NCBI RefSeq assembly: GCF_000020025.1
Contig: NC_010628.1
Span: 3,870,001 to 3,902,000, forward strand
Direction: 5' to 3'
Source of the DNA: Nostoc punctiforme PCC 73102
Lineage (GTDB): Bacteria > Cyanobacteriota > Cyanobacteriia > Cyanobacteriales > Nostocaceae
DNA: 32,000 nucleotides
The number at the start of each line of letters is the position of its first letter. Position 1 is the first letter of the stretch. The notes under the pieces are model-generated. The model did no database searches. It was not told the origin of the DNA and saw only the letters and a program-made list of their open reading frames with translations. Both the position numbers and the translations under genes were made by a program. Shown here piece by piece: positions 7,606 through 15,494 of the stretch.

Positions 7606-8726
7606 CTATTTCATTCTAAAAAGCTGCTTGAGTGTGTCTAGTCCAAAAGAACATAAACGTTGAGCTTGTGCCATATTTTCAAACATATTACTGCGATATA
7701 AATTAAGTGAAAAATTGCGAGCAAGCGCAAAAATTTGAGGAAGAGGAGTAGTGCGAATTCTAGATTTATCTTCGCCTTGAGTAACGTCTCGAACATAGTG
7801 GACTTTATTCTCAACACCCCAATATCCTCTGATACGTTCAGCAAAGGCTTGCACCGTTTCGCTTAAAGATGAAATATAATAACGGGTTTCATTAGTTACT
7901 TCAATCACATTGTGTGAAAACCTGACGCTCTGATTTGACTTTAATCAAAGTGGTAAGTCCAGGCCAAGGACGAATACCATCGAGATTTTTACAAATACTG
8001 ACATGACGCTTTTCGATTCGACCATGCCCTTTATTTATCTGCTCATAAGCCAATTCTGGCGTGAAATTTGTTTTGACATCTTTGAATAAGTTAAGCTGAT
8101 TGCCTTTTAAGGCGGCAATATAATCATTCCCACTATTTATAATCAACTCACAAGTTTTTTTGAGTATTAATAGCATCAAAAGCAAAGATAACCCCATTGA
8201 GAGCCAGTTTGGAAATCAACTCAGGTAAAGCAATAATATCATTAGTTTTGGCATCAACTTGAAATGGCTCTAAAATTAAGCCTCGCTCAACAATATAAGA
8301 ACTAACTAACATCATCGCTGGATGCGAATCCGAGTTAGGGTTATCATTTTCAATCTGATATGAACCCTTGAGGACTTTACCATCTAACCCAACAGTTTCT
8401 CCAGTATTTGGTTGTACATTAAAGAATTTGCTCAGACATACGGAATAATCTTCGTAATCTACGTGTAATAAGGCACGACGTACAGTGCTATAAGATGGTA
8501 GTCTATTTTTTGGCGGTTGAAAAAGTTCAATCCACGGCTCACGGTAGCTTGAAATCCAGTCTCCAATTGCTAAAAATCCTTTGTTCCCTGCTGCGATGCC
8601 TACGGCGGGCTGCGCCTACGCCAATGTGAAAAGTGCCAAAGATAATGGTAGATTATGTCTCTGTCCGGCGCGGCGACGGGGGTCTTTTAGACCTGCAAAA
8701 GCTTTGATAATTTCGATTTCAGACAC
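7606..8726 (-). pseudogene. ISAs1-family transposase (multiple frameshifts plus a stop-bearing repeat insertion)
   Basis: GTG at 8726, then SEIEIIKAFAGLKDPRRRAGQRHNLPLSLALFTLA*...GNKGFLAIGDW..., DAINTQK(frameshift in A7 run)KTCELIINSGNDYIAALKGNQ..., and ETRYYISSL...IRGYWGVENKVHYVRDVTQGEDKSRIR. Confidence 0.8.
8593..8621. repeat. 29-nt small dispersed repeat GCGATGCCTACGGCGGGCTGCGCCTACGC (inside the ISAs1 tnp)
   Basis: Identical 29-mer at 11466-11494. Here it adds about 24 nt in frame, with a TAG (8616-8618 on the plus strand) in the transposase reading frame. Confidence 0.65.
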
Positions 8727-9230
8727 GGTAATAGATGCTTGAAGTAGAACTGGCGCTGCACCTTACCATATCGCGTCTACATTTACAATGAAATAGCCCT
8801 GGCTTATTACCGTGGTTTTCGATATGTCCGTGAAATGTTAAAAATACTTCCTTAAAAGCCTAAGCCTATTTTATTAGCACAAATTTTTGCAACGCTTACT
8901 TCCCTGGGACGTGTTCATCCCGTTTCCACAGGCGTTGAACCCTCGTAATTTGGCAAAGGTCTTGTAGTAATAATCACTATATAATACTTGTGATGCCCAG
9001 ACAACTAATTAAAAGTAGCTAATAAAATCAGTAACGTTAGATTAATCACCCAAATTGTTAGTTAACTTGGGGCTGCTCTTTTGTGCTGTGGACGCAATAG
9101 TAAGTGATCGCACTTGTGTAACATCTGCAATTCAACACTCACGTTCCCTCTAACATTGCCCCACCTGCCTTGAGAACAGCGAATGCTACAGCTTTGCAGT
9201 GATTAGATTGCTAGTGGTAAAGCAATTCAT

Positions 9231-9506
9231 CTATGGCGCTACTTTTTCTTTAAACTGCTTGCCAGGAGAAAATCCAGGCACTCTAGTAGCCGGAATCGTC
9301 ATTGGCTCATTGGTTTTGGGATTACGCCCTTCACGCTCGGCACGTTCGCGTCGCTCGAATGACCCAAACCCTACCAGCGTTACCTTATCCCCATTAGCTA
9401 CAGCCTCAGTAACGACTGACAAAAAAGCACTGATGACTTCATCGGCTTGCTTTTTTGTGATGTTGGTCTTTGCCGCTACAGCATCCACTAATTCACCCTT
9501 GTTCAT
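9231..9506 (-). CDS. hup: HU family DNA-binding protein
   Basis: 91 aa: MNKGELVDAVAAKTNITKKQADEVISAFL...VTLVGFGSFERRERAEREGRNPKTNEPMTIPATRVPGFSPGK. This is the canonical HU signature. Confidence 0.95.
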   Translation of the reverse strand: MNKGELVDAVAAKTNITKKQADEVISAFLSVVTEAVANGDKVTLVGFGSFERRERAEREGRNPKTNEPMTIPATRVPGFSPGKQFKEKVAP

Positions 9507-9728
9507 GAATCACCCTGAAGTATTGAAAGTATTGGAAATCTAGCATTAATAGCTCTTATCAGGGAAGGGGGAAAGGAATAAAATCTAGCGACATACGAAA
9601 ATTGATAATGCGCGGCTATTACTGCGCCCTTGCTCTGTCTCCCAGATTTCCTTTCATCACCATCTCTTTGAAGGTTCATACAAAATATCCTCCAGCCTAG
9701 AAACCTCCTTTGACAAAATTTCCCACCC

Positions 9729-10232
9729 CTACCATCTTCGATGGTGGCCCCATCCGTGGAACCCTCCACCAAATCCAAAGTGGAACCCTCTTCCAAATCC
9801 AAAGTTGATGCCATAAGTAGGATAGGGCGATACATAGATGGGATAAGGATTGTAGATGTAAGCAGAAGAAGGCGCTACGGTGTAATAATCATCTTCATTA
9901 CAAACAGTAGTAGTATTTTGCACAATTGTTCTAGGTACAACATTCTCTTGCCCAGCATAAGGTAGATTCAAATAACCATCGTGAAAACCACGAGCGAATT
10001 CACCTCCCGCAGTCCGAGGTTTATAAGCAACTCTATTCCGAGCGCTTTGTTCTCCTTCTTGAAAACCATTTGCATAAGCATAGGGGTGGTCAGCCGCCGA
10101 TTCTTTGAGTACTCTATTATCAGTAACAGGATGACAGTAAACAACCCTATCAGCTTTAGCGGCTTGGGGAAAAAGTAAGGATGTTGAGCCAGCTATTAAG
10201 CTGAATATTGCACCAACAACTATTTTCTTCAC
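9729..10232 (-). CDS. secreted hypothetical protein with Gly/His/aromatic-rich C-terminal tail
   Basis: Signal peptide MKKIVVGAIFSLIAGSTSLLFPQAAKA. The C-terminus reads INFGFGRGFHFGFGGGFHGWGHHRRW. Confidence 0.6.
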   Translation of the reverse strand: MKKIVVGAIFSLIAGSTSLLFPQAAKADRVVYCHPVTDNRVLKESAADHPYAYANGFQEGEQSARNRVAYKPRTAGGEFARGFHDGYLNLPYAGQENVVPRTIVQNTTTVCNEDDYYTVAPSSAYIYNPYPIYVSPYPTYGINFGFGRGFHFGFGGGFHGWGHHRRW

Positions 10233-10379
10233 AGCCTTTTACCTCATTTATGCTTAATACTCTAAGCTCTTTAACTTTAATTATAAAACCTGAATCCTTA
10301 CATGGCGTAGTCCATTTAATAAAGAAAACTGAGAGCGGTTTGGGTGAACTTTTTTTGTGACGATAAGAGGCTTACGAGA

Positions 10380-10583
10380 ATGTCTGATAATTTTCCTTTT
10401 CAAAATCCTGAGCAACTACAGCAATGGCATCAGGGTATCAAAGATGCCAACCGTAATAATATTTTCTGTCATTGTCGTGCTTGCGGTTATGAGTGGATGG
10501 ATTCAGCATTTGATGTTACTTGTATTCAATGCAGTAGCAAAGATATAAAAAGTATTTTATCTTGGCAGTTTCCCGATGACTAA
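10380..10583 (+). CDS. small zinc-ribbon-like protein
   Basis: ATG at 10380 with AAGAGG 9 nt upstream. It has CHCRACGYEW...CIQCSS, i.e. two Cys pairs. There is no family assignment. Confidence 0.45.
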   Translation: MSDNFPFQNPEQLQQWHQGIKDANRNNIFCHCRACGYEWMDSAFDVTCIQCSSKDIKSILSWQFPDD

Positions 10584-10923
10584 ATCGAAATGCTTATTGA
10601 ATAGTGCGATGGCGAAGCGAGTAGAGCTTGTGTGATTGTGGTTTTGGAAATATAAGCAACGCCTAACTGAACTATCCCTTTCAACAGCAGATTTATTAGT
10701 TGATTATTAGTGACATTAATAGTTCTTATTCGGGTTTACCGAACATCAAAACTTAAGTAAATCGTAATCTTATTTTAGGTCTACTTAAGTGCGGCAATCA
10801 TCCTTTTATTAGGTGATGAGAACCGAATTTAAAGGAGTTTTAAGCATACTTGTTATAAATACATAAGCACAAAGGCAAGTGCAAAAACAATAAACAATAG
10901 CTGAGTTTTTCTGAGAAAGAGTT

Positions 10924-11376
10924 ATGGCACTAGTTCGTTACAACCCCTGGCAAGAATTGAACGCTCACTTAAGCCACATCAACGGTTTATTGGGAGATAC
11001 CAGAGTACCATCTGCACGGATTGGCAGAGATTTTATCAGAGTTCCGGCGGCTGAGTTGCACGAAACTGATGATGCGATTATTCTCTTGCTAGAATTGCCA
11101 GGACTTGAAGCTAAAGACCTGGATATTCAAGTCACTGAAGATGCTGTTCATATTAGCGGTGAGCGGAAGTCTGAAACTAAAACCGAAAACAATGGCACAA
11201 CATCGAGTGAATTCTACTATGGTAAATTCCAAGGTGTAATTCCTCTAAAAGCTAGAATTCAAAATACCAATGTCACCGCAGATTATAAAGACGGTATCTT
11301 GAATTTGACACTGCCCAAGTCTGAGCAAGAAAAGAACAAAGTTGTCAAGGTTAATTTGGAACAACCTGCTGCATAG
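10924..11376 (+). CDS. Hsp20/alpha-crystallin small heat-shock protein
   Basis: 150 aa: PAAELHETDDAIILLLELPGLEAKDLDIQVTEDAVHISGER...FYYGKFQGVIPLKARIQ...ADYKDGILNLTLPK. Confidence 0.92.
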   Translation: MALVRYNPWQELNAHLSHINGLLGDTRVPSARIGRDFIRVPAAELHETDDAIILLLELPGLEAKDLDIQVTEDAVHISGERKSETKTENNGTTSSEFYYGKFQGVIPLKARIQNTNVTADYKDGILNLTLPKSEQEKNKVVKVNLEQPAA

Positions 11377-11415
11377 TCTGAAACTACTTACCTCCAATGA
11401 TTGATTGAGATAGCT

Positions 11416-11449
11416 AAAAGCCCAGTCATCTCATAACTGGGCTTTTTTG
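11416..11449 (+). terminator. rho-independent terminator of the hsp20 gene
   Basis: Stem AGCCCAGT (11419-11426) / ACTGGGCT (11436-11443), followed by a T6 run. Confidence 0.75.
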
Positions 11450-11465
11450 TAGCAATTGCCTAAGA

Positions 11466-11494
11466 GCGATGCCTACGGCGGGCTGCGCCTACGC
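11466..11494. repeat. 29-nt small dispersed repeat, second copy, embedded in a larger palindrome
   Basis: Identical to 8593-8621. It is flanked by CCTAAGAGCG / CGCTCTTAGG (11459-11501), which form a hairpin. Confidence 0.65.
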
Positions 11495-11814
11495 TCTTAG
11501 GCATCGCTTAGGTTTTCCTCGCTTGAAAAAGTTGAAGTTACGGTATCATCTTCAAAGGTTCTGGCAATTTGGCATAACAAATTTCTGAATTGCCATTTAA
11601 ATGAGATATCAACAGAACAGCCACAAATCGCCTAAGTTGACCCAATGCTGTAGAATAACTCAGCAGCCAACCCACAGCGCTCGGTCATCGCAACTCTTGG
11701 AGACGCGCAAGGGACGCCACAACTGGTTAGTAATGTACTAGAAAACACATACACTATACTTCTTTACCAGTCTGGCTGCTGTAAAATCAGGTACAGTCTC
11801 ACAAGTACCAACTG

Positions 11815-12576
11815 ATGCTTGATTGCCACGAAGATACCTTAGTCATTCTTGCTAAGAACATTGCGGTAGAAATGCATTATCATCATGCGATTCAGCTTGT
11901 TTTGAGTTTGGATAAACCTTACGATGCAGTATTAGACCATCAACCTATTGAATCCGTGAAAGGATTTCTGATTGATTCAGATATTCCTCATGCTTGTCAG
12001 TCTGCCGATTCTACAGTGTTAGTGATTAGTGTCGATGCAAGCTCTTCAAAAGGTCGGTTGCTGAAGTCACACTTATTAAAACGAACATTTATTTTGATTG
12101 ACGAACTCTTTTCTGCTGAAGCTATTGATGAATTTTTAAACTTTTATTGGAGATGCTGCGACACTTCTCAGCATGAATTTGATCCCCTCTATTTCCTTCA
12201 TAAACTCAGTCATGAACAAAGGAATATAACTCCATTTGATGCACGATTACTTATTGCAATTGATTTTATCAATCAAGACATTAGCCAAATTATTAAAGTT
12301 ATCGATATTGCCAGACATATTAGTTTATCTGAAAGCCGGCTCCGCCATTTGTTCACAGAGCAAGTTGGCATTCCATTAACGAAATATGTTTTATGGGTTC
12401 GCATGAAAGTTGCTTTAAGAGAAATGCTAAAGCCAGGTGTAACTTTGTCCGATGCTGCCCACCAAGCAGGTTTTACAGATCATGCCCACTTCACACGAAC
12501 ATTTAGGCGAATGTTTGGGGTTTCTCCCTCTTTGCTTTTAAAGTATGGTCAGTTTCTTCAGATTTTTGGTTTATGA
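11815..12576 (+). CDS. AraC family transcriptional regulator
   Basis: C-terminal double HTH: IARHISLSESRLRHLFTEQVGIPLTKYVLWVRMKVAL...DAAHQAGFTDHAHFTRTFRRMFGVSPS. Confidence 0.9.
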   Translation: MLDCHEDTLVILAKNIAVEMHYHHAIQLVLSLDKPYDAVLDHQPIESVKGFLIDSDIPHACQSADSTVLVISVDASSSKGRLLKSHLLKRTFILIDELFSAEAIDEFLNFYWRCCDTSQHEFDPLYFLHKLSHEQRNITPFDARLLIAIDFINQDISQIIKVIDIARHISLSESRLRHLFTEQVGIPLTKYVLWVRMKVALREMLKPGVTLSDAAHQAGFTDHAHFTRTFRRMFGVSPSLLLKYGQFLQIFGL

Positions 12577-12632
12577 GCCAAGCTACGGCACAAAGTGGCT
12601 ACTTGGCTCACTCATGTACCCAAGAATAATGG

Positions 12633-12893
12633 TTAGCTTTGATTTTGAAGCTGAACCAGTTTCAGTGTCATATAAGGAAACAGGGGAAACCTATTGAACT
12701 GCTGTCTGACATAGGATTCATCACGTTCTTCTACCACTAGATAAGCCCCAGATAGGTCATTGCGAACATAGATTTGCTCAATAAATCCTGTTTTGGTCAA
12801 TTCAGCGACGACTTCTTGTTCTTTAGCAGCAAGTGTTTCAAACTGATTCGGATCAACACCCGATAAAGTCACCTCGACCATGTAGCGATTCAT
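12633..12893 (-). CDS. muconolactone delta-isomerase-like protein
   Basis: 86 aa: MNRYMVEVTL...FNRFPLFPYMTLKLVQL. The PLFPYM motif and the size match the MIase family. Confidence 0.6.
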   Translation of the reverse strand: MNRYMVEVTLSGVDPNQFETLAAKEQEVVAELTKTGFIEQIYVRNDLSGAYLVVEERDESYVRQQFNRFPLFPYMTLKLVQLQNQS

Positions 12894-13321
12894 GCGTTCG
12901 CTCCGGCTTGTTGAGACTGCTGTAGCAGTGGCAAACTCGGATCAACCTCAATTTGACGTAATATCAGATACCACTTACCGTTAATTTTCCTGACCTGATC
13001 TTTGACAAAAGCGCTCCCTGCCCGATTCAAATCTTCTCGATTAACGACGGTCAAATATGACTCCATTGTTGCTTCGTCATAATTTCCTTGAATGATGGCA
13101 TTCGAGCTACAGTGCCGCTTTCCTCGCGCAAAGGTATCCAACATAGCGTAAAAACCCTGGCGCAACTCCTCTTTCCCCTTTGCAATTCCCCAGAACCCCT
13201 GCAATGCACCATCAGAAGCAAAGGTTGCGAGATAATTTTCGACATCCTCCTTATCCAGCGACATTTCAAACCGTGCCGCTAGCTCCATGATTTCGAGCTT
13301 GTCTAACGCAGTCAATTCCAT
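12890..13321 (-). CDS. SnoaL-like / NTF2-fold protein
   Basis: 143 aa: LDKLEIMELAARFEMSLDKEDVENYLATFASDG...KINGKWYLILRQIEVDP. It overlaps the downstream gene by 4 nt, which suggests an operon. Confidence 0.7.
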   Translation of the reverse strand: MELTALDKLEIMELAARFEMSLDKEDVENYLATFASDGALQGFWGIAKGKEELRQGFYAMLDTFARGKRHCSSNAIIQGNYDEATMESYLTVVNREDLNRAGSAFVKDQVRKINGKWYLILRQIEVDPSLPLLQQSQQAGANA

Positions 13322-13418
13322 ATTGCTCTCACTTCTTTATCTCACTGGATTCAACTCATTTAGAGTCCCTGAGTACATTAACACTGGTCGCGAGCGCCAG
13401 ACTTGAACAAATCGGCTA

Positions 13419-13832
13419 TTATCCAGAAATGGATAAAGTCTCAGTGTTATGCACAGCAACCAGTTGCCACCGTCCATCTTGTTGAGCGATCGCAGTCAAG
13501 ACTCCATATTTTGTTGGCAGACTAGTCCCATCAGGGCGAGTGAGCCCACTCATTTCCCAAGTGCTGTGGCAAATTGCCAAATCAGGTTTGAGAAATTTGA
13601 CAGTGGTATCGGGAAAATGCATCTGAGTATTTTTCAGATGATTGCTAAAGGCGTTGGCATGTCCTTGCACTAGTTCAGTTCGACCTTTCCACCACTGCCC
13701 TGCCACATTGATAAAATCCGCATCTTCAGTGAATAACTCTGCTAATTGCATTGCATCATAAACGTTCCAGGCATCTGCAAAAGATTGCATGATGGCTTTG
13801 ATTTCTAGAATGTTTTGCTCGTGATTGTTCAT
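13419..13832 (-). CDS. SgcJ/EcaC-type NTF2-fold protein
   Basis: IKAIMQSFADAWNVYDAMQLAELFTEDADFINVAGQWWKGRTELVQGH...DGRWQLVAVHNTE. The ATG at 13832 is preferred over the ORF-track start at 13904. Confidence 0.7.
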   Translation of the reverse strand: MNNHEQNILEIKAIMQSFADAWNVYDAMQLAELFTEDADFINVAGQWWKGRTELVQGHANAFSNHLKNTQMHFPDTTVKFLKPDLAICHSTWEMSGLTRPDGTSLPTKYGVLTAIAQQDGRWQLVAVHNTETLSISG

Positions 13833-14061
13833 AAGTTCTTTTTGACTCACTCCTTCACAAAGTGATTTAGGACAATTCAATGTAATGTCCCAAATTGTTT
13901 GCACTCTTAACTCTTATCGGCAGTTCAAGTTAGTCGAAATTAAGCTAACCTTGAGTACGCTCAAACACAGTAACACTGACAGAAAGCGTCAGGCTTGAAT
14001 AAATCGGCTATGGACTACAAGCTTTCTTCTCACTCAAAGTCAGTAAACCTAAAAGTCTAGT

Positions 14062-14397
14062 GTGGTAAAATTTACCAGGGTGGTAGCCGCCTATTTTAGC
14101 GGCTACCCTTTAACTAAAGAGCATTTTAGGGCATTTAAAGAAATTTACGGGGATGATGCAAATGGGGGAAGTCCGCATGTAGACAAAGGGGAGTCGGGAC
14201 GCTGGCGCTACTTTACGCGGGAGGATATTGCTAAACGAGGCGAAAACCTAGATATTACTTGGCTATAGGATGATAGTTTGCAGTCGGGGGATGATTTACC
14301 AGAGCCGGATCTAATTGCAGCTGCTATTATGACGAGATTACTTTCTAGCGCTCGCCCAGATGGAGGCGTTGACGCTACTAGGATGGCCACCATGTAG
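14062..14397 (+). pseudogene. type I restriction-modification methyltransferase (HsdM) C-terminal remnant
   Basis: ...GRWRYFTREDIAKRGENLDITWL*DDSLQSGDDLPEPDLIAAAIM matches the conserved HsdM C-terminus. There is an in-frame TAG at 14266-14268, and the N-terminal ~90% of the gene is absent. Confidence 0.65.
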
Positions 14398-14609
14398 CGA
14401 AAGAAAGATAGTTAGTATTAAATTAGGTAAACAAGCGCCTGGCTACAAAGTTGTTCAGAAAGCTCTCAATTGCTTCATCGCTGAAGTGACTCACCCAAAC
14501 ACGAGCATTTTTTGACTTCGCCACCAGCATCGCTTACTTTACTTTTCCCTACAGTAGTCTTTATGATATTTCTCGTTTAGTTTCAGTCAAAAATTTGACC
14601 AAAGCTTTT

Positions 14610-15200
14610 ATGCCAACCGTTGCGATTATCTATTTCTCTGGTGCAGGTCATACTCATCTTATGGCCCAAGCTATTGCTGAAGGTGCAACTAAAGTTGAAG
14701 ACACTACTGTTGAACTGCTGCGGGTTACTGGAGAGCAGATTGTCAATGGTCGTTGGAAGAACGATGAGGGACTAGAAAAGCTCAACCAAGCTGATGCGAT
14801 TGTTTTTGGCTCTCCTACCTATATGGGTGGTGTAGCGGCTCAGTTCAAGGCATTTATTGATGCCGCTAGCGAAGTCTGGTTCCGACACGGATGGAAAGAC
14901 AAAATCGCTGCGGGTTTTACACACTCTAGCTCCCCTAGTGGCGATAAACAAGGCACACTGCTCTATTTAGCGACCAACGCAGGCCAGCACGGCATGATTT
15001 GGGTAAATGTCGGCGACTTGCAAAGCTTTTTATCGGGTCTTGATGATGGGGTAAATCGACTAGGAGGATTTTTAGGTGTCATGGGTCAAAGCCAACTCGA
15101 TATGAGCGGCAAGGAACCAGTGCTAGATTCGGGTGATTACCTTACCTCAGTGCGCTTTGGGGAACGCATTGCAGAGGCAACTAAACGTTGGAACAAGTAG
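14610..15200 (+). CDS. flavodoxin-like NAD(P)H:quinone oxidoreductase (WrbA-type)
   Basis: MPTVAIIYFSGAGHTHLMAQAIAEGA...ADAIVFGSPTYMGGVAAQFKAFIDA. The ORF-track TTG at 14595 is less likely than the ATG at 14610. Confidence 0.8.
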   Translation: MPTVAIIYFSGAGHTHLMAQAIAEGATKVEDTTVELLRVTGEQIVNGRWKNDEGLEKLNQADAIVFGSPTYMGGVAAQFKAFIDAASEVWFRHGWKDKIAAGFTHSSSPSGDKQGTLLYLATNAGQHGMIWVNVGDLQSFLSGLDDGVNRLGGFLGVMGQSQLDMSGKEPVLDSGDYLTSVRFGERIAEATKRWNK

Positions 15201-15296
15201 CTTTTGACACTCATATTAGGTTATACCACCCTTACATCTGACAAAAAATCCTTTTCGAGGCAAAGTTACACCTATGGAGGGGCGTGAGTAGCAACG

Positions 15297-15413
15297 GATA
15301 CTGTTGGCGAACTTAATAATTCACCGAAAAGTGTGAGAATTGCAGGGGAATTAAATCAGCAAGCACTTCATTAACAAAAAAGATTAAAACTCCCCTTTCC
15401 ATGTAATACATGG
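15297..15413. repeat. left terminal inverted repeat of the IS1182-family element
   Basis: GATACTGTTGGCGAACTTAATAATTCACCGAAAAGTGTGAGAATTGCAG... pairs with 18903-19019. Confidence 0.8.
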
Positions 15414-15442
15414 AAAAATTCGCCTAACCATGTATTACATGG
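15399..15442. promoter_or_regulatory. two CCATGTAWTACATGG palindromes in the left IR
   Basis: CCATGTAATACATGG (15399-15413; extends to the 21-bp palindrome TTTCCATGTAATACATGGAAA) and CCATGTATTACATGG (15428-15442). Confidence 0.5.
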
Positions 15443-15494
15443 AAAAGTACAGTAGAGATTTAGAAATGATTCGAGTTTCTAATAAAGGAAATTT

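Larger units (their letters stand above)
7601..8801 (-). mobile_element. ISAs1-family insertion sequence (decayed)
   Basis: Perfect 15-bp terminal IR CAGGGCTATTTCATT (7601-7615; reverse complement at 8787-8801). It encloses an ISAs1-type transposase. There is no clear TSD. Confidence 0.75.

Noticed and set aside
9199-9543. 114-aa plus-strand ORF
   Set aside because: It is fully antisense to the unambiguous HU gene (9231-9506), with low-complexity composition and no motif. It is a shadow ORF.
9503-10178. ORFs 9503-9835 (-), 9741-9965 (+) and 9981-10178 (+)
   Set aside because: They overlap, or are antisense to, the signal-peptide-bearing 9729-10232 gene or the hup promoter. They have no RBS or motif support.
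12577-12632. GCCAAG...CTTGGC hairpin between the convergent araC-family and MIase-like genes, considered as a bidirectional terminator
   Set aside because: The stem is only 6 bp, with a 19-nt loop and no flanking U/A runs. That is too weak to call.
13051-14393. ORFs 13051-13269 (-), 13088-13282 (+), 13449-13673 (+) and 14208-14393 (-)
   Set aside because: They are alternate-frame or antisense to the SnoaL-like and SgcJ-like genes and the HsdM remnant. They have no motifs.
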